A DNA stretch of 64,000 bases from Escherichia phage vB_EcoM_NBG1. A program made the translations under genes and the position numbers. Below the pieces are notes generated by a model that searched no databases, had not been told where the DNA came from, and saw nothing but the letters and a program-made list of their open reading frames with translations. Below, one piece after another: positions 9,011 through 18,549 of the stretch. Within the stretch, counting starts at the first letter, position 1, and each line of letters begins with the position of its first letter. The stretch lies in the sequence record MH243438.1; one strand, written 5' to 3'.

Positions 9011-9688
9011 TTATCGCTGTTTTACACTTAACGGGTCAGGATTCTCAGGGACATCTTCAAGGTCAAGCGCATAACGCTGAGCATATTTTAACATCAAAAT
9101 ATCTTTAGCGCAATCATGAATACTATCATGGGCAACAAATCCTTTTAGCGTACCCATCGGTAATGGACACGTACTTAATCCTCGTGTCAACGAGTAAGCT
9201 TCGATTGCCGTACGAATATCGCGTTGAGCCCAGAATTTAACCGGTTCTAATTTATCAGTATCAATATCTGGTTCAAGAACACCTTCATCACGATAGAGGT
9301 CACGAATCAAATCGACCAATATCGGGAAGTCAAAGCTCATACCACGGCACCACATCTGTGATTTCCATTGGTCAACTTTATTAGCTCGGCAATAGTCTAA
9401 AAAGATTTTAATGCCTTCAAGCGTAGTGACATCGTCTTCAGACGGAGCCAAGTTTTTACGTGCTTCAGCCGATTGTTCTTTCCACCATTTCATAGTGGAT
9501 TTAGCGAAAACTCGCTTCCCTTTCTGAGAAGCTAAATTAAATTTAATTCGCTTACCTCGTTGAACAAGTTCTTCAAATGATTCAACAACTTCAGGGTCGG
9601 AATTATATGCAATAACCGCAAGGTCAATAACAGCCGCTTTTGATGTATTGCCGAATGTTTCAAAATCTATAATAACATCAGTGCTCAT
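9011..9688 (-). CDS. dexA: exonuclease A (DnaQ-like 3'-5' exonuclease)
   Basis: 225 aa; Exo I motif IIDFETFG; T4 dexA length and position. Confidence 0.85.
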   Translation of the reverse strand: MSTDVIIDFETFGNTSKAAVIDLAVIAYNSDPEVVESFEELVQRGKRIKFNLASQKGKRVFAKSTMKWWKEQSAEARKNLAPSEDDVTTLEGIKIFLDYCRANKVDQWKSQMWCRGMSFDFPILVDLIRDLYRDEGVLEPDIDTDKLEPVKFWAQRDIRTAIEAYSLTRGLSTCPLPMGTLKGFVAHDSIHDCAKDILMLKYAQRYALDLEDVPENPDPLSVKQR

Positions 9689-9697
9689 AATTTTCTC

Positions 9698-11011
9698 TCA
9701 AATAAAATGGACGTCAAAACGACCACGAGTTGTGCCGACATACAATAACTGTTTAGCTAATTCTGAATCGGCATAATGGATACACGGTGTATAAACAAAG
9801 GCCGTGTCAACAGACATACCCTGGGCCTTATGGAAGGTTGATACTGGTAGTGCCTTCACCTTAGTGAACATACGTTTAGCATCCCAGAATTCGCTCCATG
9901 GAGCTTTACCACCTTTATTCCAGAATTTGTATGTTTCTGCGGTCTTAGCCAAAAACAAATTGAATTTATAAAGCTCTTCTTCAGAAGAAATAACCTTTAT
10001 ATCTTCGCGGATGTATTCTTCATCATCCCCATATGTTTCTACTGTAAGATTCCAGTATCGTATCATATATTCGCCTGAAACACCACGTGCTTTAACGAAT
10101 GTAGACGTTTCTACAGCATCTCGAATACGAACGAATTGCCCGTTATTGAAAAGCATTTCGGTCATATTTTTTCCATCTAGCTTGTACGTCTTAGTAAACG
10201 GCTCTTGTAGAACAATGACTTCGTCTTTAATAAATGGTTTTTCTGTTTCAAGAAGTTTTCGGCGAATAATTGAATTCAACTTGTCCACCGACTTATTTGT
10301 GAATGCCATCATTCGATTTTCGAAAAGGTCTTCAGGAGTTTTAACGACGTTAAAATAGTTCATCATATACGATTTAAGGTCTGTATATCCGTGAACACCG
10401 TGTCCATCAACTACTTTATCGTAAATCCATTTGCCATTACGAATATCAGTCGCAACATCAATAATTGGTGCATTGCTACGTTTAACTTCTGTAAGGTTGC
10501 ATTGCACGAAGTCTTTGTGAGTGAAGAAAGGACTTAGATACGCAGTTGATTCGCCTGGGTCTACCGGACGAATCTGGCATCGGTCGCCGATTCCAATTAC
10601 TGTGCACCATTTAGGGATACTAGCTAACATTATTTTAAACAGAGAACGGTCGCACATTGACGCTTCATCAAATAACAGTACACGACACAATGCTAAGTCG
10701 GGGACCTTTTTCTGTTCAAATAATACGTTTTCTTCGTATGTAGTTGGGTTGATTTTAAGAATGCTATGAATAGTCGATGCTTCTTGACCCGCAAGTTTGC
10801 TTAGAACCTTTTTAGCAGCATGTGTAGGGGCTGCTAAAATAATACCTGATTCTCCGGCAGAAATAAGAGCTTCAACGATGAATCTAGTAAGGGTTGTTTT
10901 ACCTGTACCAGCAGGCCCGTTAATAGTTACGTGATGTTTCTTTTCTTTAATAGCGTTCATAACAACGTTGAAGGCGTTTTTCTGGCCTTCAGTCAAATCA
11001 TCAAATTTCAT
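9698..11011 (-). CDS. dda: Dda DNA helicase (SF1)
   Basis: 437 aa; Walker A INGPAGTGKTT; T4 Dda length and position. Confidence 0.9.
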   Translation of the reverse strand: MKFDDLTEGQKNAFNVVMNAIKEKKHHVTINGPAGTGKTTLTRFIVEALISAGESGIILAAPTHAAKKVLSKLAGQEASTIHSILKINPTTYEENVLFEQKKVPDLALCRVLLFDEASMCDRSLFKIMLASIPKWCTVIGIGDRCQIRPVDPGESTAYLSPFFTHKDFVQCNLTEVKRSNAPIIDVATDIRNGKWIYDKVVDGHGVHGYTDLKSYMMNYFNVVKTPEDLFENRMMAFTNKSVDKLNSIIRRKLLETEKPFIKDEVIVLQEPFTKTYKLDGKNMTEMLFNNGQFVRIRDAVETSTFVKARGVSGEYMIRYWNLTVETYGDDEEYIREDIKVISSEEELYKFNLFLAKTAETYKFWNKGGKAPWSEFWDAKRMFTKVKALPVSTFHKAQGMSVDTAFVYTPCIHYADSELAKQLLYVGTTRGRFDVHFI

Positions 11012-11319
11012 CGTAAAGTCCCTGCAATTGGAATACTAACAATACGGCCTGTGTCCAGGATTCGTTGATACAATCTTTGCGTCTCCGCATCTAGTTTAAC
11101 GTGTTTCATTTCAAGCTTATTAAACCAGAACTTACGCGGAGTTTCAACCATTCTTAGAACTCCCATTTTTAAATCTGTTTTATACTGTGTTTTCAAAGTA
11201 TCGAAAACTTTATCTGCAATATCCTTTCTAAAAAATACTGCAGGACGATGTTCATCAAGTGGAACCGGGGCAGTAAATCCTTCCATATCTCGATAAACTA
11301 TTGCATATACATAAACCAT
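11008..11319 (-). CDS. hypothetical protein (dda.1 position)
   Basis: 103-aa ORF, start overlaps dda stop. Confidence 0.55.
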   Translation of the reverse strand: MVYVYAIVYRDMEGFTAPVPLDEHRPAVFFRKDIADKVFDTLKTQYKTDLKMGVLRMVETPRKFWFNKLEMKHVKLDAETQRLYQRILDTGRIVSIPIAGTLR

Positions 11320-11321
11320 AA

Positions 11322-12068
11322 TTAACCTTTAATCAGTTGGAATAATGATGCGCTAAGTGGTAAGCCACGTTTCAATTTTAATTTACCAATAAAACCAATC
11401 TTTTCAAACCGTTGCAGACCTTGGATAACTTTATCATATGTATCGAAAAGCGATTCAGCGTCAGTTAATTTAGTTTTAGTTTTCCAGTCAGAGCCTTTAA
11501 GAAGAACGTTAAGTTTAGTAAGTTCATGGCCTTCTGCTTGATGTGAGCCATTAATGCGTGCTTTCAAAGCAACAATTCTAAGTTTAGATTCGTTAGATAA
11601 AGGTTGATTTTTCATCATGTTCGCCATATGCTTAACACGATTTTCACGTTTTGCTCGGATTTTTAAAATAGTACCATAAACATTTTTAATTTGGGCCCAT
11701 TTCTTCTCGTCGAGATTAAGTTTCTCTACTTTACGGGCAGAAGGATTAGCGATACGTCTTGCAATGGCATCACGTTTCTCAATAAGTTCTTCTAATGTTA
11801 AATCAGAACGAGCCGTGTTATATTTTTTCTTAACTGGGATAACATTACCTTTAATGTAGCCTATATCATTATTAAAACGTTCTAAGGATAATTTCTCACC
11901 TTCAACAGAGTTATTGAAAGATTCACCTGAGTAAGCGCAGACCTTTTGATCAAGAATGTTTTTAAGGTAATTAAAGTCTAAGTTAAAATCCTTAGAGCGT
12001 CTCTTCGCAGAAGCTCTGGTGTGGTCAAGACGACGATTGATTTTGTTAATTTTATTATTTGATAACAT
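11322..12068 (-). CDS. Srd-like protein (syntenic with T4 srd)
   Basis: 248 aa, basic; position after dda as in T4; degenerate HNH-like patch CAYSGE..ERFNNDIGY..GNVIPV lacks catalytic His. Confidence 0.45.
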   Translation of the reverse strand: MLSNNKINKINRRLDHTRASAKRRSKDFNLDFNYLKNILDQKVCAYSGESFNNSVEGEKLSLERFNNDIGYIKGNVIPVKKKYNTARSDLTLEELIEKRDAIARRIANPSARKVEKLNLDEKKWAQIKNVYGTILKIRAKRENRVKHMANMMKNQPLSNESKLRIVALKARINGSHQAEGHELTKLNVLLKGSDWKTKTKLTDAESLFDTYDKVIQGLQRFEKIGFIGKLKLKRGLPLSASLFQLIKG

Positions 12069-12222
12069 AATATTTTCCTCTGTCTTACGGACGTTAAGGT
12101 CATTTAGCTGATAGGTCTATAATATCATGCCCTCAGGTAGTGTACACTCTTTTTTCGTAAAAATGCTTTAATTTTTTATGTGTTATAATGGTTCTGAGTT
12201 CCATCCGGTTATTCCAATTCAG

Positions 12223-12831
12223 TCAGTAACTGACAATAGACAGATTCCAGATTGTATAACGTCCATCCTGAATAATAGAATCTACACGCAGTGTAGTCCC
12301 TATAGGGAGCATAAATTCACATTCGTCAGATATAAGTCTAGCATTAGACCGTCTTGTCGCTTCAGGGAAAGCTCCATTGAACTCACAAGATGGCGCAGCC
12401 AGAATCATGTTAAGCATATGTTCACGGAAGTTGAAAGCAAATGGTGCATCTTTGATGCAGAACATATTAAATGTTCCGTAAAAATTATACGAAGCAAAGT
12501 TACGTGCTACACCGAACACTGGGCTGAAGCTCATTACTCTGTCAAATTTAATAATACTACCAATGCCTTTATCATCGAGTGTAGCCATAGTTTTCTTAGA
12601 GATTCCACGATACATTGTCTCAGGAACAGAAGACGTCCAATTTCTACGAACGATTGAACTTAACTCCTGTTGAATACAGTCTGGCTTGTTTTCCATACAC
12701 TGCCACAGTACACTTTGTTCAATGTCGCTGAATTGACTATCAATTTCGTACTGCAATACATCTTGATATTCGGGGTTTTGAGCACGACGAACCATTTCTT
12801 CAATTTCACACTCGTTATACGGCATAAACAT
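12223..12831 (-). CDS. modA: ADP-ribosyltransferase ModA-like
   Basis: 202 aa; R-S-E ART signature (ETMYRG, RVMSFSP, SDECEF); tandem paralog of next ORF; modA/modB order assumed from T4. Confidence 0.7.
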   Translation of the reverse strand: MFMPYNECEIEEMVRRAQNPEYQDVLQYEIDSQFSDIEQSVLWQCMENKPDCIQQELSSIVRRNWTSSVPETMYRGISKKTMATLDDKGIGSIIKFDRVMSFSPVFGVARNFASYNFYGTFNMFCIKDAPFAFNFREHMLNMILAAPSCEFNGAFPEATRRSNARLISDECEFMLPIGTTLRVDSIIQDGRYTIWNLSIVSY

Positions 12832-12888
12832 TTAGGTTTCTCCTGTGGTTGATAAAGGTATAGTATCATCGTTGGTAGAGTTTGTACA

Positions 12889-13470
12889 CTAAAAATTCAA
12901 CATTTTCAAATGAATGATTTTGTATAACCGAGATAAAGGGTCATATTCTAAGTCTTCAATTTCCACAATCTCAAATCTAGAGATACCTGAGACCATGTAC
13001 TCTTGTTCAGATTCAATCATATCTAGGACATCGATACGAGCTTCTTCCATAACATGCTTAGGGTTCTTTCCGGCGAGTACAATGTTAACCATGTTTTGGT
13101 AGTAATCAAAAATGAACGGAGCATTCCTGAGACTAAGAATAGTGTACGTCTGATATTCCCAACTCCCAGAGAATTGACGAGCTGTACTGAAATCAGTTGT
13201 GAACGATGTTACTCGTCCAGGAGACCAATGGCATCCAACAGAAAGAAGTGAAAGACGTTCTACTTCTTCTGGAGTTACACCACGGTAGAGTTCTACTGGT
13301 ACTGTAGAAGTCATATGCTTACGAACAAGATGGTCTAATTCATAGTGGAAATCCGGGTCTTCCTTAGAATCGGTGCAAGCCCAGAGAATGTTTTGTTCTT
13401 GGCGGGTGAATTTGCTATCAATCAGATTTGTTAGGTATTCACGTTCTTGAAGTTCAGATTGACATGTCAT
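12889..13470 (-). CDS. modB: ADP-ribosyltransferase ModB-like
   Basis: 193 aa; ART signature (VELYRG, RVTSFTTD, ESEQEY); paralog of previous ORF. Confidence 0.7.
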   Translation of the reverse strand: MTCQSELQEREYLTNLIDSKFTRQEQNILWACTDSKEDPDFHYELDHLVRKHMTSTVPVELYRGVTPEEVERLSLLSVGCHWSPGRVTSFTTDFSTARQFSGSWEYQTYTILSLRNAPFIFDYYQNMVNIVLAGKNPKHVMEEARIDVLDMIESEQEYMVSGISRFEIVEIEDLEYDPLSRLYKIIHLKMLNF

Positions 13471-13497
13471 GATAGACCTCCATTTAAAGATAAGCCT

Positions 13498-13526
13498 ATC
13501 ATAACACGAGAGGAGGGAATGTAAAC
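13498..13526 (-). promoter_or_regulatory. early promoter upstream of modB-like gene (GTTTAC-N17-TATGAT)
   Basis: spacer contains CCTCC complementary to the downstream GGAGG SD. Confidence 0.5.
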
Positions 13527-13690
13527 TACTTTTTAAGCTTTCCTACTAAAGGTCCATCAGGGCCAGGTTGTTCTAACATGAATAAGGATGCTTTAAAAAG
13601 CAATGTCAACCCTTTCACCATTCGATACCATGTCTCAAAGTCTTTTTCCTTGATTTCTAGTAAGAATTTCTCTTTCAATTTCTCTTTCAT
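13526..13690 (-). CDS. small hypothetical protein (54 aa)
   Basis: manually translated MKEKLKEKFLLEIKEKDFETWYRMVKG..; ATG overlaps upstream stop as ATGA; below ORF-track size cutoff. Confidence 0.3.
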   Translation of the reverse strand: MKEKLKEKFLLEIKEKDFETWYRMVKGLTLLFKASLFMLEQPGPDGPLVGKLKK

Positions 13691-13866
13691 TTCCAAGGAC
13701 TCCATGGTGGAGGGTCATCATAATAAGAGGCGAGGTCTTTCAGGACATCTAATGGTAAACTAAAGCCATGACGCTGTATAATACTATCTAGTTCATCAAC
13801 AAGTTCACTACGATGCACTTTAGGAGCCTCAACTTCAGGCTCGTCAAACATACTCATAAGGTCCAT
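13687..13866 (-). CDS. hypothetical protein
   Basis: 59 aa from ATG at 13866 (MDLMSMFDEPE..), placed directly after the upstream stop. Confidence 0.45.
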   Translation of the reverse strand: MDLMSMFDEPEVEAPKVHRSELVDELDSIIQRHGFSLPLDVLKDLASYYDDPPPWSPWK

Positions 13867-13867
13867 A

Positions 13868-14332
13868 TTACTCACCTAAATAAAAACTAGGCTGCTCGGA
13901 GAATGTTTCTAGCGCTACACCTTTTGTCTTAAAAAATTTCCAAATAGCTCGTTGCAAATGGATTAAATCTGCTAATGATGTAATAAAGTATTTTTTGGCA
14001 AAATACTTATGGTCTCGCTTTTCAAACAAGTCTAAACGCTTTTCAGGATTCACATAAACGGCATTTTCCGTAGATTCATAACCTAAGTCCTTTATGCCTT
14101 CTTCAAGACTAAACGGAGAATTTTTAGAACGAGTAATAGCTCCAACTCGCTCTACACGAATTTTGTAACCTTTAGGAATCTGCAATTTGCAGAATTCTTC
14201 TACGATATATTGCGGATTATTTAGACTTTTGTTAATGAGAATAGCTATTTCTAGTGGAGTCTTATCTTCTACTGGTATATGTTTAAACGACTTGGCTTCA
14301 AGCAAATACATTTTAAATAACATAGCATCCAT
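13868..14332 (-). CDS. hypothetical protein
   Basis: 154-aa ORF. Confidence 0.6.
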   Translation of the reverse strand: MDAMLFKMYLLEAKSFKHIPVEDKTPLEIAILINKSLNNPQYIVEEFCKLQIPKGYKIRVERVGAITRSKNSPFSLEEGIKDLGYESTENAVYVNPEKRLDLFEKRDHKYFAKKYFITSLADLIHLQRAIWKFFKTKGVALETFSEQPSFYLGE

Positions 14333-14511
14333 TATAATTTCCTCGATGGTTCACCCATATAAAGTTTTACAATACGTTCGCCTTCATCTTCGACGAGCTT
14401 TTCTTCATGTTTCTGGAATTCTTTAGCCATATTCTCTTCAAGAACATCCAGCCAATCTTCTGGACCGACACCATCGTCCCAGCTTTTAAACCATTTAACT
14501 ATCTTGTTCAT
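14332..14511 (-). CDS. hypothetical protein
   Basis: 59 aa from ATG 14511 (MNKIVKWFKSWDD..), SD GGGAG, ATGA overlap with upstream stop. Confidence 0.45.
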   Translation of the reverse strand: MNKIVKWFKSWDDGVGPEDWLDVLEENMAKEFQKHEEKLVEDEGERIVKLYMGEPSRKL

Positions 14512-14756
14512 TCGCAGCTCCCTGAGCTTGAACCACAATCAGAATAACTTGACCCAGAATCACCAGGCCAAGACGATACGTATGAATGATTATAACTTGA
14601 AGAGCTTGAAGCATTAACCTGTTTTGTTTTTGGACGAACAACTTCTTCCATCATTCCGTCACCGATATATTCCCAACTTTTTTCGTGTGTATCAGGAATA
14701 GGCATCATACCTTCGCCCGGTTTAACAGCAAACAACTTCTTCAGCATCGTAAGCAT
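14508..14756 (-). CDS. hypothetical protein
   Basis: 82 aa from ATG 14756 (MLTMLKKLF..), SD GAGGAA; longer ORF-track version overlaps the neighbouring gene. Confidence 0.45.
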   Translation of the reverse strand: MLTMLKKLFAVKPGEGMMPIPDTHEKSWEYIGDGMMEEVVRPKTKQVNASSSSSYNHSYVSSWPGDSGSSYSDCGSSSGSCE

Positions 14757-14949
14757 TAATTGTTCCTCGAACAAAACGAACACCACCGTCATCCCAGCGG
14801 ATTTCGGCATTAAATTTGACGTCTTCACCATCCATCATGAATGAGTGTACGACTACATCATCGTAATATCCAAGACAGTATTTCAACGAAACTTCTTGAG
14901 CAATCAAAGCACCTAATGTGTTATTAGGTTTAATCCAACGATTTAACAT
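14722..14949 (-). CDS. hypothetical protein
   Basis: 75 aa from ATG 14949 (MLNRWIKPNN..), SD AGGAGA 5 nt upstream. Confidence 0.5.
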   Translation of the reverse strand: MLNRWIKPNNTLGALIAQEVSLKYCLGYYDDVVVHSFMMDGEDVKFNAEIRWDDGGVRFVRGTINAYDAEEVVCC

Positions 14950-15013
14950 ATTGTTCTCCTCTTGAGTAAGTAAGAATATATTAACACAGTTTTTAGTGGT
15001 TGTAAACTGTAGA

Positions 15014-15046
15014 AACAAAAAAAAAAGGAATCCCGAAGGATTCCTT
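15014..15046 (-). terminator. intrinsic terminator after soc
   Basis: minus RNA 9-bp stem AAGGAAUCC-UUCG-GGAUUCCUU followed by U9. Confidence 0.7.
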
Positions 15047-15053
15047 AAATTAT

Positions 15054-15290
15054 TTAACCGCTTACTGGTGTAGGGGTAAACATTGCAGCGTTCTTAGTTT
15101 TCCAGTCAGCTGCATCAGAAACTACAGTAGAATAAGCTGCCTTTTCTGATGGAAAGATTTGGTAATGAGAATCTGCAATCCGATGTTCGTTTGAATAAAT
15201 CTCAAACGGCACAGAAACTTCCATACCTTTAACTTCTTTGCCTTCACCAGCCGGATGTGTAAAGGTTTTGATATTAACGTAACCACCCAT
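15054..15290 (-). CDS. soc: small outer capsid protein Soc
   Basis: 78 aa; GYVNIKTF..HYQIFPSEKAAYSTV matches remembered T4 Soc; TATAAATA late promoter upstream and UUCG terminator downstream. Confidence 0.85.
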   Translation of the reverse strand: MGGYVNIKTFTHPAGEGKEVKGMEVSVPFEIYSNEHRIADSHYQIFPSEKAAYSTVVSDAADWKTKNAAMFTPTPVSG

Positions 15291-15321
15291 AATTAACTCC
15301 TTTGTTGTTTAATTACAGGTG

Positions 15322-15329
15322 TATTTATA
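15322..15329 (-). promoter_or_regulatory. T4-type late promoter TATAAATA (soc)
   Basis: exact TATAAATA on minus strand about 32 nt upstream of soc ATG. Confidence 0.65.
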
Positions 15330-15335
15330 ACTTAA

Positions 15336-15857
15336 TCAGTAACCATTATCCTGACGTTCAAAGTTGTGTTGGTTTTTCAAGTAGTAAAGTTTAAAGATTT
15401 CTTCAGCGGAAAGACCCAGACCTTGGAACATATTCAGAACAAAGTGGAGGATATCAATCATCTCGAATTTAATTTCAAGCTGGTCTTCAGGAGACAGTTC
15501 ATCGATACGACGATTACGATATTCAGCATGTTGTGCTTTCCATGGCTTCCATACACTGCTGGCGGCTTTTTCACCATTGCTCATACCGCCAAGTGAAGTC
15601 AGCAGTTCACGGAATTCATCATCAATATAATCTTTCTGATTACGCAGCCAATCAACAACATCACCAGCAGTAGCCAATTCATCAGGATGTTTGTTATGTT
15701 CAGGCTTGTCATTTGCCAGACGAACTTGTAAAGATTTCTGCATATCAAGCATTACCTGCAGTGGGTCTTTATCTTCGTGAATCAGAGCATTAAAATAAGC
15801 TTCTTCTGCTTTATCAACACCAGAAATAAGTTGTGAACATTCGTTAAAGTGCGCCAT
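15336..15857 (-). CDS. 56: dCTP pyrophosphatase (dCTPase/dUTPase, MazG-like)
   Basis: 173 aa from MAHFNEC..; strong resemblance to remembered T4 gp56; SD AAAGGA. Confidence 0.85.
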   Translation of the reverse strand: MAHFNECSQLISGVDKAEEAYFNALIHEDKDPLQVMLDMQKSLQVRLANDKPEHNKHPDELATAGDVVDWLRNQKDYIDDEFRELLTSLGGMSNGEKAASSVWKPWKAQHAEYRNRRIDELSPEDQLEIKFEMIDILHFVLNMFQGLGLSAEEIFKLYYLKNQHNFERQDNGY

Positions 15858-15947
15858 TATTTTTCCTTTCAATTCAGTATAAGAGAGTTTAATTCTAACA
15901 TTAATTTTATAAAGCGTAATAAATAATAAGGTAACTAAGGAGATATT

Positions 15948-16145
15948 ATGTTTAAACTTCCATCGTTAATCAACGCTATTAAAGGCAATAAAAAGAAAAC
16001 TGCTATCGCTGCAATAGTTGTAGGTGGCATTATTTCATGGAACTTCGGGATTGCACCATTGTTAGTTGCCCATGGTGTTATGGTTCCTTCTGTTCCATTG
16101 GATACTGTGGTTGACCTAGCTTTTGCTGTTATAGGGCTTGTTTAA
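15948..16145 (+). CDS. small hydrophobic membrane protein (plus strand)
   Basis: 65 aa; strong SD AAGGAG 5 nt before ATG; two predicted TM segments; only plausible plus-strand gene; 3' end overlaps primase stop. Confidence 0.45.
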   Translation: MFKLPSLINAIKGNKKKTAIAAIVVGGIISWNFGIAPLLVAHGVMVPSVPLDTVVDLAFAVIGLV

Positions 16146-17164
16146 ATCTTCGAATAACGAGATAATCTCATTTTAGCATGCAACCCACTTGAAATATTCT
16201 GTTTCATATATTCTAAAATTTCTTGTGGTGTTGCATTTTCTTTCATTACCATATCATTCACATCCTTTGAACTCCATGGAGCTCTATCCCAGAACATGAC
16301 ACGTTCGCCTGCATCAACTAATCGCTTCATGCGAGCTATAGTATCTGGATGCCTAGGTTCATTATCCATTACCCATACCCGACGTTCTTTAAATGGTACC
16401 ACATCTAAATCTATTGAGCCGCCTGTAATAGCGATTGCATTGGGTATGAATAAACTATCAATAGGGCCTTCCATTACCCAGACGTCTCCTTCCTTAACAC
16501 GTTCAACACCATAAATTTTTGTTGCAGACTCAAACGCTTTAATAGTGATATATTTCTGAGGAGCATCTTTACGAAGTGCACGTCCTTGGAATGACTCGGC
16601 CTTCCCATCTTTATTAAAAATAGGAATAACTAAACGCGGTTCGGGGATCTCTTTCTTATACGTACCAGGTTGAATCTTGTTGACCAATTTAGGCCATTCT
16701 AATGTGAACCATAATCTGTTCCATGATTCTTTAGGAATACACCGAGACTTAACATATTTCACAATAGGATGCTCTTCAGGCAGCTTGTCCAGACGAGAAC
16801 AAGACGGCAAAGAATTTATAGTCTTTTTCTCCGGTTCTGGTTTATGTTCAGGAACCTTTTCAATCTTTGGTTCCATTCTAGCTTTTTCTTTACGAACTTC
16901 CATTAGATACTCGCGATAAAGCTCTTCATCATACTCTTTTAAGTATCCGGAAATTGTATTGTGGTATTGACAGTTATAGCAATGTACATTACCAGGAGTA
17001 CCGCCATAATACCATCCGCGAGCTTTCATTGCATCTGTCTGGGAGTCGCCACAAACTGGACATCGAAATGTTAATTTAAATGTACTTGAATTATTGATTT
17101 GTCTAAAACGAGGTAGGTGAGAAAACGCACGATAAGCAAATTCATTATCTATCCATTCAGCCAT
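16142..17164 (-). CDS. 61: DNA primase
   Basis: 340 aa; zinc ribbon CPVCGDS..CYNC followed by TOPRIM region; T4 gp61 size and position. Confidence 0.9.
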   Translation of the reverse strand: MAEWIDNEFAYRAFSHLPRFRQINNSSTFKLTFRCPVCGDSQTDAMKARGWYYGGTPGNVHCYNCQYHNTISGYLKEYDEELYREYLMEVRKEKARMEPKIEKVPEHKPEPEKKTINSLPSCSRLDKLPEEHPIVKYVKSRCIPKESWNRLWFTLEWPKLVNKIQPGTYKKEIPEPRLVIPIFNKDGKAESFQGRALRKDAPQKYITIKAFESATKIYGVERVKEGDVWVMEGPIDSLFIPNAIAITGGSIDLDVVPFKERRVWVMDNEPRHPDTIARMKRLVDAGERVMFWDRAPWSSKDVNDMVMKENATPQEILEYMKQNISSGLHAKMRLSRYSKI

Positions 17165-17203
17165 AGTATTCTCCAGAGGCCTTAAATTAATAAGGCCATC
17201 TTA

Positions 17204-17698
17204 TCACAACTTATTAATATTTACTTTAATTCGCTTTCTTTTCTTGGAAGGAATTTGTTCGGGTCCTTTATTTACAATTGCACCTGTAGTAGTTCCTGAT
17301 GCAATAGCTTGAGGGCTGCCACCTGAATCGCCAGCAACCATATCCTCAAATAAAGGGAGCTCTTTAAATATTTCTTTCTGTTGTTCTTCCGTAATGTTAT
17401 AGCGTGAAGCTACAGCACTCCAGGCAGACATCATTGAGGCCATTCCATTAAGACCTGGAACAGTGCTCATCATTCGCTTCATTGAACGAACTGAAGCATG
17501 AAAAGGTGTATAAGCCGCTTTCTCTTCAGGAGTAGAAGGACGTTTAAGAACACTTCCACGTTCATCGATGATTTTGGCTTCGTATGCTTTCCATTCGGTA
17601 AAAGGTTTTTGCATTAGTCGAATAAACTTATATGCGTAAACAGAATCTATTGCAGTGTTAATAATACCCATAGGTACCTCCTGAGTATATTTAATCAA
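17204..17698 (-). CDS. hypothetical protein (61.1 position)
   Basis: 164-aa ORF with basic C-terminal tail KKRKRIKVNINKL. Confidence 0.6.
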   Translation of the reverse strand: MIKYTQEVPMGIINTAIDSVYAYKFIRLMQKPFTEWKAYEAKIIDERGSVLKRPSTPEEKAAYTPFHASVRSMKRMMSTVPGLNGMASMMSAWSAVASRYNITEEQQKEIFKELPLFEDMVAGDSGGSPQAIASGTTTGAIVNKGPEQIPSKKRKRIKVNINKL

Positions 17699-17888
17699 TC
17701 ACAAAGATCGCTTTATCACCATTTATATCTGTGACTTCATATGTAGTGCCTTCATACTGTGGAATATTCCAAATTACACCATCATTAGCTTTTACGCTAA
17801 TATGGCATTGGTGTTTTGAAACAACTTCATAATCTTCAAAACTTGTAAAAACACTAATTTTAGAACCAGTGCAAATTGCAGTAGTCAT
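17691..17888 (-). CDS. hypothetical protein
   Basis: 65-aa ORF. Confidence 0.5.
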   Translation of the reverse strand: MTTAICTGSKISVFTSFEDYEVVSKHQCHISVKANDGVIWNIPQYEGTTYEVTDINGDKAIFVID

Positions 17889-17889
17889 T

Positions 17890-18549
17890 TTAACCTCGAT
17901 TCATAAATGCATTAAATATTTGGTCATCAACAGAAATTTCTAATTCGACTTCAATTGCTTCAGCCTTTTCTTCAGGTGGTAATTCGTATCCACACACTAC
18001 AATTTTTTCATCGATATCAAAATATACAGAAGCAATACGATTAATGTTACTTTCAGTTAAGTCTAAATCAACATCAACATCTTTTTGACCTACACTTAAA
18101 GGATAACTAATACGGGTTATTTTATTATCTTTAACAAAGAGTCCACCAACATACTCTGTACTGCGTTTGAAGTTTACACGTTTCCGAATTGAAAGATATG
18201 ATACATCTTTACCGTGAGCTCGGCTCATAGGACATAATGAATAGCTAGAATAAGAGATGTCAAATCCTACACCTTCAATATGAGCCAACGTGTCATGATT
18301 AAACCAATTATAATCATATGCCAAATCCATTATATTGTAATATGTGAAAGGCACAGGATTAACATCATATGTTGTACCTTTAAAATCGGCCCAGGCAACG
18401 ATTTCGTTATCTTTAACAATTACAAAAATTACACCAATATGATATCCGTTATTATTTTCGTTCGGCGTTATATTATAACATTGTGCATTAGGAAATTTAC
18501 CATATTTAAATGGTGCGTTTTTGTGCATATAATAAATCATATTATTCAC
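17890..18549 (-). CDS. hypothetical protein (syntenic with T4 61.2 region)
   Basis: 219-aa ORF, AT-rich; precise start uncertain. Confidence 0.55.
   Translation of the reverse strand: MNNMIYYMHKNAPFKYGKFPNAQCYNITPNENNNGYHIGVIFVIVKDNEIVAWADFKGTTYDVNPVPFTYYNIMDLAYDYNWFNHDTLAHIEGVGFDISYSSYSLCPMSRAHGKDVSYLSIRKRVNFKRSTEYVGGLFVKDNKITRISYPLSVGQKDVDVDLDLTESNINRIASVYFDIDEKIVVCGYELPPEEKAEAIEVELEISVDDQIFNAFMNRG

Noticed and set aside
11322-12068. HNH homing endonuclease in the Srd-like protein
   Set aside because: Only a degenerate HNH-like patch (CAYSGE..GNVIPV) without the catalytic His or zinc-ligand Cys; not called a mobile element
13561-13620. MotA-box middle promoter (TTGCTTTT about 12 nt upstream of TTATTC)
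   Set aside because: Weak -10 and single occurrence; cannot be supported without start-site data
14508-14831. long N-terminal extensions of several ORF-track entries (e.g. 14508-14831, 35084-35785, 61415-61897, 43715-44167)
   Set aside because: The ORF track evidently uses TTG/GTG as starts; internal ATG starts with good SD and matches to known T4 N-termini (gp45, RegB, gp56, NrdC, gp55) fit better
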